A DNA stretch of 37,936 bases, taken from assembly GCA_944386205.1 (NCBI GenBank), contig CALXAE010000003.1:1-37936 (forward strand), in the 5' to 3' direction. Position 1 is the first letter of the stretch; each line of letters begins with the position of its first letter. The DNA is from an uncultured Clostridia bacterium (GTDB lineage: Bacteria > Bacillota > Clostridia > TANB77 > CAG-508). A program made the position numbers and the translations under genes. This document shows, one piece after another, positions 18,555 through 28,374 of the stretch. The notes beneath the pieces are model-generated. The model was not told where the DNA came from. It saw only the letters and a program-made list of their open reading frames with translations, and made no database searches.

Positions 18555-18864
18555 CTTTTTCCCCCTATTTATTTGTAAACTTATTTTTCTGATATTTTTT
18601 CTTGTCTAATAATTCCTTAATCCTTAATTATTTATACTATAATAACATCTCTATTCCATTGCTATTCAGACTACATATATCCAATACATTATATACATTA
18701 TTTTGCAGTACTGCATAAGCAATCAGTACCTCTATTTTACTATATTTTACATAATTTAGCAAGAATTTCTTTATTTTTTCACCTAATTGTGTTATAACGC
18801 CAAACATGTTACTACATTAACGGTTCTAGAATATATAGAATCACATGCCATAAGGAGGTTTTTT

Positions 18865-19050
18865 ATGTATCTTTTAGCAGTAGTATTGGTGGGGATTATC
18901 GTATGTTTACTAGTAGAGGTGATCTCATTGGATGCAATAATCATCTCGATTAGCATTATTGTCGCAGCATGTATAATTAGTTCGACAATTAAAAAACAAA
19001 TGAAGACACGGCAAAATAATGATAGTAAAGATGAAAATGATAATGAATGA
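18865..19050 (+). CDS. Small (61 aa) hydrophobic membrane protein with charged tail
   Basis: AAGGAGG RBS then MYLLAVVLVGIIVCLLVEVISLDAIIISISIIVAACIISSTIKKQMK...; terminator tagcctc-cttat-gaggcta-ttttt at 19057-19080. Confidence 0.7.
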   Translation: MYLLAVVLVGIIVCLLVEVISLDAIIISISIIVAACIISSTIKKQMKTRQNNDSKDENDNE

Positions 19051-19172
19051 AACTAGTAGCCTCCTTATGAGGCTATTTTTATTGTATAGAAAAATCGAAG
19101 ATTTTGACTATACAACAAAAAAAACTAGAAGCTTTGATACTTCTAGTCCTTTTTAATAATTTTAAAAATTTA

Positions 19173-19451
19173 TTATTTTTGTGCATATGGTAATAAAGCA
19201 ATGTGTCTTGCTCTTTTAATAGCAATTGTAATATCTCTTTGATGTTTAGCACACATTCCAGTATTTCTTCTTGGTAAAATTTTACCTTTATCACTAATGA
19301 ATTTTTTTAATTGTTCTGGATTTTTGTAATCTAAAACAAAGTTTTTATCGCTACATAAAACACATACTTTTTTTCTTTGTTTTCTGAATCTTGGATTGTA
19401 ATCCTCATCATAGTTTTTATTATTTCTTTTATTTTGTTTTTTATCTGCCAT
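19173..19451 (-). CDS. rpsR: 30S ribosomal protein S18 (Zn-binding form)
   Basis: KKVCVLC...DYKN...[33 protein letters not shown]. Confidence 0.98.
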   Translation of the reverse strand: MADKKQNKRNNKNYDEDYNPRFRKQRKKVCVLCSDKNFVLDYKNPEQLKKFISDKGKILPRRNTGMCAKHQRDITIAIKRARHIALLPYAQK

Positions 19452-19474
19452 TTTCTATTTTCCCCCCTAACAAA

Positions 19475-19903
19475 TTAGAATGGTAGGTCATCACTTGAAG
19501 ACATTTCAAAATCTGCTCCCATATTTCCCGGTGCTGTATTTCCAAATGTATTTTCAAAAGATGTACTATTTGTTTCTCCATCTCTTTTACTATCCGCAAA
19601 ATATGCTTCCTCTGCTACAACTTCTGTAACATAGTGTTTTTGTCCTTGGTCATCATCCCAAGTTCTTGTTTGAATTCTTCCGATAACACCTACTTGTTGA
19701 CCTTTCTTAAAGTATTTACTACAAAATTCTCCTAATTTACTCCATGCAACAATATTGATAAAATCTGCTTGTCTTTCTTCTCCTTGTCTTACAAATCTTC
19801 TATTAACTGCTAGACTAAATGAAGATACTAATGTATTATTTGTTTGTGTATATCTTGTTTCTGGGTCTCTTGTTAATCTTCCCATTAAAATTACTTTGTT
19901 CAT
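19475..19903 (-). CDS. ssb: Single-stranded DNA-binding protein
   Basis: MNKVILMGRLTRDPE...ADFINIVAW...C-terminal DDLPF. Confidence 0.98.
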   Translation of the reverse strand: MNKVILMGRLTRDPETRYTQTNNTLVSSFSLAVNRRFVRQGEERQADFINIVAWSKLGEFCSKYFKKGQQVGVIGRIQTRTWDDDQGQKHYVTEVVAEEAYFADSKRDGETNSTSFENTFGNTAPGNMGADFEMSSSDDLPF

Positions 19904-19951
19904 CTCTTATCACCTTTCTTTACTTTAAATAAAGGCCCCATCTTTATTTAA

Positions 19952-20236
19952 TTATTTTTCTACTTTTACAGTAATGAATTTTATAATATCATCTGTAATT
20001 CTGTAAACTCTTTCAAGTTCAGCTATTAATTCTGGTTTTGCTTCAAAGTTGAATAAAAGATATGTAGCTTCTTTGAATTTTTTAATATCATAAGCTAATC
20101 TTCTTTTTCCCATGTTTTCAACTGATTCCACTTTACCATTTTCATTGATTAATCCTGTGAATTTTTCTTCTAAAGCTTTTAAACCTGCTTCATCAACATT
20201 TGGACTAACAATGATAATACTTTCGTATTTGTTCAT
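19952..20236 (-). CDS. rpsF: 30S ribosomal protein S6
   Basis: MNKYESIIIV.P...GKRRLAY.IKK...ELER..RI.DDIIKF; first gene of rpsF-ssb-rpsR. Confidence 0.97.
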   Translation of the reverse strand: MNKYESIIIVSPNVDEAGLKALEEKFTGLINENGKVESVENMGKRRLAYDIKKFKEATYLLFNFEAKPELIAELERVYRITDDIIKFITVKVEK

Positions 20237-20243
20237 TATCATT

Positions 20244-20289
20244 CACCTCCCTATGGATTTATAACCTGCAATTCTTTGCAAGTAGAGAC
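20244..20289 (-). promoter_or_regulatory. Probable S6:S18 ribosomal protein leader RNA
   Basis: Minus strand ctctacttgcaa-ag-aattgcagg...atCCAtagGGAGG: hairpin plus CCR motif next to the SD, directly before rpsF. Confidence 0.5.
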
Positions 20290-20391
20290 TAAAAATAGCC
20301 ATGCTATTTTTAAAGCACAACTATTTTATCATATTTTTTTATAGATTTCAAGTGTATTTTTCATTTTTGTCTAATCAATTAATAAAACCTA

Positions 20392-20964
20392 TTATTCTTT
20401 GTAAAAATCAAATGTTGGATTTTTTTTCTCTTTTTCTCTTTGTATCTCAAACCACTTTGGTGCCACAAAACAATATAAACCTATTAGTATTATACTATAT
20501 ACTACAATATACGCTCTAATCGATTGTGCATAATACTCTTCTCGATGTTCTTCCATATATTTTTGTAAATTTTCTCCTGCTTTCCTTAAAGTCTCTCTAA
20601 CTTCTTCTAATTGCTTTCTTTCTCTTTCTGTCAAGGTTTCATCATATTGTATTGCCTGATTAGAAAATTGCATAGATAAGCCTTCTTCATATTCTGCAAT
20701 TGATTTTACAACATCAATAACATTACATACAATCATTATTATCATAAATACAAGTGCAATCTTTTTTACAGTTTCCAAATCTAAATCTTTCCAAAAAATT
20801 TTTATTCCCACATATATAATAATAATATTTTTTACTAAATAGACTATATATGACAATAATTCAGTAATCTCTATCTGTGTAAATTGTTGTATCAGATTAA
20901 TCACTATATTTAAAGCTAGGTCTAATACAATTAATTTGACAACCCCTATTACAATTTCTTTCAT
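20392..20964 (-). CDS. Hypothetical membrane protein (4 TM with a soluble coiled loop)
   Basis: Three N-terminal hydrophobic helices, a charged helical loop and a C-terminal TM; AAGGGG RBS. Confidence 0.75.
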   Translation of the reverse strand: MKEIVIGVVKLIVLDLALNIVINLIQQFTQIEITELLSYIVYLVKNIIIIYVGIKIFWKDLDLETVKKIALVFMIIMIVCNVIDVVKSIAEYEEGLSMQFSNQAIQYDETLTERERKQLEEVRETLRKAGENLQKYMEEHREEYYAQSIRAYIVVYSIILIGLYCFVAPKWFEIQREKEKKNPTFDFYKE

Positions 20965-21087
20965 TTTTATTAATCCCCTTTTTATTTCTTACAGTTTTAT
21001 TTTATACATATTTTTTTATATGTCAATTTTTTATTATTATTTTTTGCTTATATTAGTTACAATTCACAGATTAAATTAACTAAAAAG

Positions 21088-22665
21088 CTATATTGCTTCT
21101 AATTTTCTATAATTCTCCATACATAATTTTTTTGCTTCTGGTTTCATAAAGGTTAGTCTTTCAATTAATCTTTGATAATGTTCTTTAGAGTTTTCTAATA
21201 CATCTTCTAATTTGTTTATTTTTTTATTTGCATGTGCATTATAGTATTGAATCCCCTCCTCTATTTGTTCTTTAGAAACTGTATAATGTCCAAAATAAAT
21301 TAGATTAAACAAATCTTTCCATTCATTTTCATCAAAAGATACTTTTTCCATATATTGTTTAATAATGGAATAAGAACTATTTTCATACATTTTTTTAAGT
21401 ATCATTTTTCTCGCTTTTATCACATCCAATAATTCTTTTGGTAGATTTTCTATATCTTCTAAAGTAATCACATTTTCTCTTAAATAATCCTGTATAACTC
21501 TGATTGCATAATATAATACAGTATTATTTTCTTCTAAGATTGAAGCTCCTGCATAATCTCTAATATGAATTGCCTTAGACCTAAGAACAGCTAATGGATT
21601 AACTTCACTAATAATTTGAGTTCTATAAAAATATCCTTTGTCCAATAAAGAATATGAGATCACGTTTGTATATATATTATTAATAATATCTTTATAAGAA
21701 TCTGTATATAAGTTATTTAAACCATATAATTGTTCATTTCCCCAAGTTGCAATATTACCATTATAACTAATTAAATAATCTAATCCCCATTCATTATTTC
21801 TATTTTTCACTAACGATGGATTACTATATGAATTGTATTTCATATCATTATCAAAAAGTGTAATTAATTCTTCTAGATTTATATTTGGGTTGTTTAAATT
21901 CACTTTCAAATTAGAATGAAATATTTGTGCAATTCCTACACTAATTTTATATCCATCTGGAAAATGTAATGCATATCTATATAATCCAATCTTAAAAATT
22001 TCTTCATTATCTGATACATATTTTTTTCCTTCTGTTTTTATACAACCAGAATAATGTTCAATAACCTTATCAATAGAGTTGTCCCCTGTTAATGTATGTA
22101 ATTGTAATTCAAAATTTTCTTTGTCTGAAAAAAAATTCTTGAATACATCAATAATATTAAAAATACAATCTATCCCAATTTTAGATATATGCCATTTATC
22201 CATACTTATTCTAAGTACAACTTTTGTTGGTGTTTTTCTTTGACATAATGCTTCATACATTTCACCAATCATATTTTTGCAAACTTTGTCATCTGCACCC
22301 CACATTCCACTAGTAACAATTACAATTCTATCTGTTTTTGCTCTTTTTATAGTTTCTTTTATATATTCAAATTTTTTAAAAGGTTCTCCTCCACCTAAAA
22401 TAGATAAATATCCATTGTTTGAACTATTGATAAAAGTAATAAATTTTTCAAATCCTTCTCTCGAAAATTCATATTGCTCTCTTGGTAAATCAAATCCTTC
22501 ATTGTCTGATCTAAAAAAGCAATGTGAACATTGAACGTCACAGAATTTTGTAAAAAATACAAAAGCCATTGTTTTGCCATTAAATGTTTTCAATTTATCT
22601 TCACGAATTTTGACCTTTGTAACAATTTCTTTAATATATTTATTAGGTTTATCAAAAATATTCAT
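21088..22665 (-). CDS. Radical SAM superfamily protein with long C-terminal extension
   Basis: FTKFCDVQCSHCFF (CxxxCxxC), ILGGGEPF, IVTSGMW, LRISMDKWH; ATG 22665 behind GGAGGG. Confidence 0.85.
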   Translation of the reverse strand: MNIFDKPNKYIKEIVTKVKIREDKLKTFNGKTMAFVFFTKFCDVQCSHCFFRSDNEGFDLPREQYEFSREGFEKFITFINSSNNGYLSILGGGEPFKKFEYIKETIKRAKTDRIVIVTSGMWGADDKVCKNMIGEMYEALCQRKTPTKVVLRISMDKWHISKIGIDCIFNIIDVFKNFFSDKENFELQLHTLTGDNSIDKVIEHYSGCIKTEGKKYVSDNEEIFKIGLYRYALHFPDGYKISVGIAQIFHSNLKVNLNNPNINLEELITLFDNDMKYNSYSNPSLVKNRNNEWGLDYLISYNGNIATWGNEQLYGLNNLYTDSYKDIINNIYTNVISYSLLDKGYFYRTQIISEVNPLAVLRSKAIHIRDYAGASILEENNTVLYYAIRVIQDYLRENVITLEDIENLPKELLDVIKARKMILKKMYENSSYSIIKQYMEKVSFDENEWKDLFNLIYFGHYTVSKEQIEEGIQYYNAHANKKINKLEDVLENSKEHYQRLIERLTFMKPEAKKLCMENYRKLEAI

Positions 22666-22685
22666 TTGTATAAATCCCTCCATAA

Positions 22686-23210
22686 CTAAAATTTAATAAT
22701 TTCACAAGTTTTAAAATGATAGCAAAATAAATTGCTATTTTTAGGAATCCCTTTAAAATAGCTACAAATTGCTGGAATCACACCAGCATGTGTTACTATT
22801 AGTACATCCTTTTTTTCATATATTTCTTTATACTCATCTAAAAAATTATAAACACGATTTAATAATTGTTGTACACTTTCAGCTTTATCATAATGGCAAT
22901 CAAGAGAATAATTCCAAAATAAATTACAATCAAAATCTTCTTTTCTTAATCCTTCAAATTCTCCAAAATCTCTTTCTATAATTCTTGAATCTATAACAAT
23001 AGGTGTTTTTTTGTTACTAATAATTTCTGCTGTTTTTTTAGCACGTATTAATGGTGATGAAATGATTTTATAAAATTTAGTTTGATTTAATAATTCTTTT
23101 GTTAGATTTGCCTCCTGAATTCCCAAATTGTTTAACGGAATATCTGCTCTTCCTTGAATTTTATTCTCTAAATTCCAATCTGTTTTACCATGTCTAATCA
23201 CATATAACAT
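22686..23210 (-). CDS. Histidine phosphatase (PGM-like) family protein
   Basis: RHGKTDWN, SSPLIRAKKTA, ERDFGEFEG, LIVTHAG. Confidence 0.93.
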   Translation of the reverse strand: MLYVIRHGKTDWNLENKIQGRADIPLNNLGIQEANLTKELLNQTKFYKIISSPLIRAKKTAEIISNKKTPIVIDSRIIERDFGEFEGLRKEDFDCNLFWNYSLDCHYDKAESVQQLLNRVYNFLDEYKEIYEKKDVLIVTHAGVIPAICSYFKGIPKNSNLFCYHFKTCEIIKF

Positions 23211-23220
23211 AATTAAAACC

Positions 23221-23994
23221 TCATCTTAACAAATTACTTTTTTCTTTTGCGTGAAATACACTATCTATCACTTTTTTATCATTACTAGTGTCCCAATCTA
23301 TGAAAGAAAAACCTTTTTGTGATAACATGTACTCTAAACAAAGTTCATTTATTCCTATACCTTTTAAATATTTTTCAAAAATTTCAATTTTTTCTTTATT
23401 TTCTTCTATACTTATAACTGTTTGCCTAAAACCTTCTATAACTTTATCTTTATACTCTATAGAAGGCACTCTTAATTCGTCTATATGATAATGTCTTGCC
23501 CATCCTTCACGAAAAGCACGTAAATAGATTACATTAGAATCTTTATTAAATTTTTCAATTTCCCTATGACTGCAATTCCATACTTGTTCTACACTATGAC
23601 TATATTTAATTGAATTTATCCAATCTCTATTATCAAAAGAAATTCTACCTGTTATTACATCATGTCCATTTTCAAAAGGCTTTTTACAATACCAAACTTC
23701 TGAAAATCTATCAAGAAAATGCTCATCTAATCTTGTTTTAAATGTTTCTAAATCTTCCAATGAAGAAATACAAAAATTCGGAAGTTTATAATAATCATGA
23801 GAAGGAATAGAAGATACAATATACATTCCACTATCAGGATTAGTCTTCAATTCTTTTTCTATATCTTCTATAAGTCGGCTTACATGAAAGGCCTTATATC
23901 TATGTATTTCATTTTCTAAATCTTCTTGCTTTTTTAATCCAAACTCTACTAATGTCAGATGTTTTTTCCATTTATTTGGTATTTGTTCTATCAA
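23221..23994 (-). CDS. Hypothetical protein, possibly divergent PPDK-N/ATP-grasp fold
   Basis: TTG start with AGGAG; motif order IVSS...ITGRISF...VEQVW...LCLEYML...FSFIDWD loosely parallels the PEP-synthase N-terminal ATP-grasp. The fold call is inference. Confidence 0.5.
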   Translation of the reverse strand: MIEQIPNKWKKHLTLVEFGLKKQEDLENEIHRYKAFHVSRLIEDIEKELKTNPDSGMYIVSSIPSHDYYKLPNFCISSLEDLETFKTRLDEHFLDRFSEVWYCKKPFENGHDVITGRISFDNRDWINSIKYSHSVEQVWNCSHREIEKFNKDSNVIYLRAFREGWARHYHIDELRVPSIEYKDKVIEGFRQTVISIEENKEKIEIFEKYLKGIGINELCLEYMLSQKGFSFIDWDTSNDKKVIDSVFHAKEKSNLLR

Positions 23995-24112
23995 TTAACA
24001 TTTCTCCTCTCAACAGATCTAGCTAGAAGCGTATAAGATTTGTTGTGTGAAAAATTGTGAAACAATTTTTCTATGCAATTTTGTTTTTATATACAACAAA
24101 ATTAAACTTTTT

Positions 24113-26734
24113 TTATTTTAACACTTTTTCCATATTTTGCCAATAGTTTTTTTGAATTTTTTTATTTTTCCTTAAATTGATCATATTTATTCTCTTCTGT
24201 AATTCCATAATTGGAATTGGTAATAAAAAAATTGCTAATGTAATAAGCCATTGTGTTGAGTTCAAATTTACCACATCAAATATATTTGCTAAAGCAGGAA
24301 TTACGACTACAATCGTCTGTACAAAAAGTCCTAAAATAAAGCTTCCTATCAAAAATTTATTCTCTAATATTCCAATTTTGAAAATTGATTTTTCACTTTT
24401 TATATTAAAGCTGTGGACAAGTTCTAATAAGCCCATACTAATAAATGCCATTGTTCTTCCAACTTCTACACCATAATATTTATTTCCAATACTAAAGGCA
24501 ATTAATGTAAGCATTCCTAACATAATACCTTCTAATACAATTTTGCTCCACAACCCATCTGCAAATATGCCTTTTTTTGAATCTATTGGTTTTCTTTCCA
24601 TGATGTCTTTTTCTGGTGGTTCTAATCCAAGGCTAATTGCAGGTAGCGAGTCTGTTACCAAATTAATCCAAAGCAATTGTATAGCCAATAATGGAGATTG
24701 AAGACCTAGTACTAATCCCATAAAGATGGTTACAATTTCTCCTATATTTGTGGCAATTAAAAAATGAATGGCTTTTCTGATATTATCATAAATATTTCTT
24801 CCCTGTTTTACTGCATCTACAATGGTTACAAAATTATCATCTACTAGAATCATATCTGCTGCATTTTTAGCAACATCTGTACCACCTTTTCCCATAGCAA
24901 TTCCAATATCTGCATTTTTTAAAGCAGGGCTATCATTAACCCCATCTCCTGTCATAGCAACAACTGCCCCATTTTTTTGCCATGCTTTTACAATTCTTAC
25001 TTTATGTTCTGGAGTTACCCTTGCAAATACTGTATAATTTTGAATTTCTTTTTCTAGTGTTTCTTGATTTAATCTATCCAATTCTTCCCCTGTAATAGCC
25101 TTGTCTTTTCTTGTATATATACCTATTTTTTCTGCGATTGCTTTTGCTGTTGCAATATGGTCTCCTGTTATCATAACTGTTTTGACACCTGCCTTTTTAC
25201 AGGTTTCTACTGCTTCTTTGACACCTTCTCTTGGTGGGTCTATCATTCCAATTAGTCCTACAAATTTTAATTGATTTTCTACAGTTTCACTACTTATTTT
25301 ATTGGGCAAACTTTCTATATCCTTATATGCTACACTGATAACTCTTAAAGCTTTATTTGCCATTTTTTCATTTTCTCTTAAAATTTTATCTTTCTGTATT
25401 CCTATACATCTATTTAATAAAACGTCTGGAGCCCCTTTGGTAATTACTCTATACTTTCCATTTTCTAATTTGTGAATCGTTGTCATCATTTTTCTGTTAG
25501 AATCAAATGGAATTTCGTTTACTCTTGGCATGGTTTGATATAACTTCATTTTGTCCAATTGATTCTTATATGCCACTTCCACCAATGCCATCTCTGTTGG
25601 CTCTCCTACAACTTCTACTTTTCCGTTATTATTTTCTATTTTGCTATCTGTGCACATAGTCGCAAGTTCCATTGCAAAATTTGGATTTTCTGCTTTAATT
25701 TCTACCACTTTCATCTTATTTTGTGTTAATGTTCCTGTTTTGTCAGAACAGATGACATTACTACTTCCTAATGTTTCCACTGCTGGTAATTTTCTAATAA
25801 TACTATTTCGTTTTGCCATTTTTGTAACACCTAATGATAGCATAATCGTAACAATTGCTGGTAAGCCTTCTGGTATTGCTGCCACTGCTAATCCCACAGA
25901 AGTCATAAACATTTCCATTGGTGGTATTTTTTTGATAATACCTATTACAAAAATCACTAAACAAATGATTAAGCAAATAACCCCTAATATTTTCCCCACT
26001 TGATTTAATTTCTTTTGTATTGGTGTTTCTGGTGCTTCACTTTCAATAAGCATATTGGCAATTTTGCCTACCTTTGTGTCCATTCCAATTTCTGTGACCA
26101 CTACTTTTGCATGTCCATTGACGGCAGTGCTTCCCATAAACACCATATTGACGATATCTCCTAGTGGTATACCTTTTTTGCAAATTACATTCCCATCTTT
26201 TTCTACTGCTTCTGTTTCTCCTGTCAAACTAGATTCTTCTACTTTTAAATTATAATTTTCTATAATTCTGCAATCTGCTGGCACACGATTTCCCGCTTCT
26301 AAGATAACAATATCTCCAACTGTTAAATTTTCTGAAGGAATTTCAATTTCTTTTCCATCTCTAATAACCTTAGACATCTGTGGTGTCATCTTTTTCAGAC
26401 TTTCAATGGATTTTTCTGCCTTTGCCTCTTGCAAAACGCCCATAATGGCATTTAATACCACAATAGCTATGATAATAATAGAATCAATATAGTCATTTTC
26501 TCTCTGATACCACGATATTCCTGCTGACACAATAGATGCCATAATTAAAATGATAATCATGAAATCATTAAACTGCTTAAAAAATTTAATAACAATTCCT
26601 TCTTTTTTACCATTTTCCAGTTCATTTTTGCCATATTGATTTTGCCTTTTTAAAACTTCATCATTATTTAACCCTTTGCTAAAATCTGTATTTAGTTTTC
26701 TTTCAACTTCTTCTTTTCTAAGTGTTTCCCACAT
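24113..26734 (-). CDS. P-type Ca2+-transporting ATPase (YloB-like, P2A)
   Basis: ESSLTGE, AAIPEGL, CSDKTGTLT, KGAPD, MITGDH, MTGDGVNDSPALK, QLLWINLVTD; ATG 26734 behind AAGGAGAGG. Confidence 0.95.
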   Translation of the reverse strand: MWETLRKEEVERKLNTDFSKGLNNDEVLKRQNQYGKNELENGKKEGIVIKFFKQFNDFMIIILIMASIVSAGISWYQRENDYIDSIIIIAIVVLNAIMGVLQEAKAEKSIESLKKMTPQMSKVIRDGKEIEIPSENLTVGDIVILEAGNRVPADCRIIENYNLKVEESSLTGETEAVEKDGNVICKKGIPLGDIVNMVFMGSTAVNGHAKVVVTEIGMDTKVGKIANMLIESEAPETPIQKKLNQVGKILGVICLIICLVIFVIGIIKKIPPMEMFMTSVGLAVAAIPEGLPAIVTIMLSLGVTKMAKRNSIIRKLPAVETLGSSNVICSDKTGTLTQNKMKVVEIKAENPNFAMELATMCTDSKIENNNGKVEVVGEPTEMALVEVAYKNQLDKMKLYQTMPRVNEIPFDSNRKMMTTIHKLENGKYRVITKGAPDVLLNRCIGIQKDKILRENEKMANKALRVISVAYKDIESLPNKISSETVENQLKFVGLIGMIDPPREGVKEAVETCKKAGVKTVMITGDHIATAKAIAEKIGIYTRKDKAITGEELDRLNQETLEKEIQNYTVFARVTPEHKVRIVKAWQKNGAVVAMTGDGVNDSPALKNADIGIAMGKGGTDVAKNAADMILVDDNFVTIVDAVKQGRNIYDNIRKAIHFLIATNIGEIVTIFMGLVLGLQSPLLAIQLLWINLVTDSLPAISLGLEPPEKDIMERKPIDSKKGIFADGLWSKIVLEGIMLGMLTLIAFSIGNKYYGVEVGRTMAFISMGLLELVHSFNIKSEKSIFKIGILENKFLIGSFILGLFVQTIVVVIPALANIFDVVNLNSTQWLITLAIFLLPIPIMELQKRINMINLRKNKKIQKNYWQNMEKVLK

Positions 26735-26790
26735 ATTCTTCCTCTCCTTTGTGCTTTGAATGGACATTTATCTTGTCCTTTTTCTAAGTA

Positions 26791-26818
26791 ATTGTATTCG
26801 CATAAATAATTTTTATGA
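26791..26818 (-). promoter_or_regulatory. sigmaE-like promoter of the Ca2+ ATPase
   Basis: TCATAAA-13 nt-AATACAAT on the minus strand (spacing one short of consensus). Confidence 0.5.
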
Positions 26819-27074
26819 CTACTTTTTAGAAACACTATTTTTAACTTTATTCATATGTTATGCTAGGTCTCTTAACTCTTGGAAACCGTTGTGGGCAAAA
26901 ATTATATTCTTTTCGTAAAATCTCTAATAACATTTTGTCAATGATTTTTAACATTTCATTAATTATTATTGGCTTTTGTAAAATAATATAGTAAAATAAT
27001 ATAGTAAACTAATAGTTAGATTTTAGACAAACTATTTATTGTAAGATTATTTTATGCTCTGAAGGAGGTTTATA

Positions 27075-27915
27075 ATGTTATATCAGATGCGGCAATAAAA
27101 ATGATGAAGCATATATAGCAAAATACGGAAAAGCTTATGGTGCAGTATTACTTTCCAATTGGTTACCTAAAATCAGTAGAACACGTCAACTATTTGTATT
27201 AGATAGCTATCAAGACTTCTTGAAAATAGAAGATCAACTTCCTGACATGTTTATTGTTAGAGCAGACGCTAAAGCAGGTGACCCACCAACATTAGGAGTC
27301 GAGGGAAACTTTGTCAGAAAAGACCAAGTGAAAGATTATATTACAAGAGTGAAACAAAGTAATCCTAATGGTGTTGTATTATGTTTAGATCAAGAAGAAG
27401 GAACTGGCGAAAAAGTAAGAACAGACGGTGCTTTTAATGTATACCTTCAAATAGGTCAAAAGATTTTTATTGATTACCTAGGTAAAGGGTTTGATGTAGG
27501 TGGCATAACGAAAGGCAGAGAAAATCATGAAACTTGGTCGTTTGATTGGGATGATGCTCTGTTTGTAACTCCATATAATATGGATCGATATAATCATACA
27601 ATAACCACACAAGAACGATATTTAGATTCTGCCAGACGAAGATTACGACAACTGTTGGACTTAGGTTATAGTAGAGAATATATTCGAGGTAAAGTTCCTA
27701 AAATATATTCTCCAATGCCCAATTCCATAAAAGAAAGATTGCTAGATGATATTGTATTCCCTTTATACGAAAAAAAGATTAACTTAGAAAGAAATGGTTT
27801 AAAATCATTTGGTGTACAAGGAATGATTATAGATGGTCAATTATGTCCAATAGAATTTAATAGACCAGAAAGATTTACGACAAGAGATATATTAAATGCA
27901 GATCAAGAAAGATAG
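27075..27915 (+). pseudogene. PPDK-N/ATP-grasp-like protein with a +1 frameshift near its start
   Basis: AAGGAGG-ATG at 27075 gives MLYQMRQ*; the +1 frame is open from 27076 to 27915 (GNKNDEAYIAKYGKAYG...FIVRADA...IDYLGKGFD..GITKG...FGVQGMIIDGQLCPIEFNRPER). Confidence 0.6.
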
Positions 27916-27927
27916 GAGGTAAAACTT

Positions 27928-28362
27928 ATGGAAATCATTACAGGAATCATTATTGCAAAAGATAATAAAGTTCTTATGGTAAGGGAATCAAAAAAAGAAT
28001 GCTATGGTAAATTAGCTTTTCCAGCAGGTCATGTAGAAGATGGAGAAAATATAATGGAAGCTGCCAAAAGAGAATTATTAGAAGAAACAGGTTATAAAGC
28101 AGAATTAGTAAAAGTATTTCCTATTATTAGTTTTTCAGGAAAACGCCCTATGATTATGATACATTTTTTAGGTAATAATGAAAAATTAATTCAAAAATAT
28201 AATACAGATGAAATATTAGGAATAGAATGGATAGATCTAAACGACTTACATAATTTAGATTCGAGTCAATTCAGAAATTATGATGTATTTGAAACTATAA
28301 TAAATAGTTTATTACATAATCAAATATACGAATTAGATTTATTAAAATGTTTAGAATCATAG
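27928..28362 (+). CDS. Nudix hydrolase
   Basis: Nudix box GHVEDGENIMEAAKRELLEETGY; AGGAGG RBS. Confidence 0.93.
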   Translation: MEIITGIIIAKDNKVLMVRESKKECYGKLAFPAGHVEDGENIMEAAKRELLEETGYKAELVKVFPIISFSGKRPMIMIHFLGNNEKLIQKYNTDEILGIEWIDLNDLHNLDSSQFRNYDVFETIINSLLHNQIYELDLLKCLES

Positions 28363-28374
28363 GAGGTATTAAAT

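Noticed and set aside
19079-19294. 71-aa minus-strand ORF overlapping rpsR
   Set aside because: Alternative frame of rpsR running through its terminator.
26878-26887. ggtttccaag 10-mer shared (inverted) with about 2505-2514
   Set aside because: Short match expected by chance in 38 kb; no extended similarity.
26978-27011. 13-bp tandem duplication gtaaaataatata upstream of the plus-strand operon
   Set aside because: Very AT-rich and consistent with replication slippage; no supporting evidence of function.
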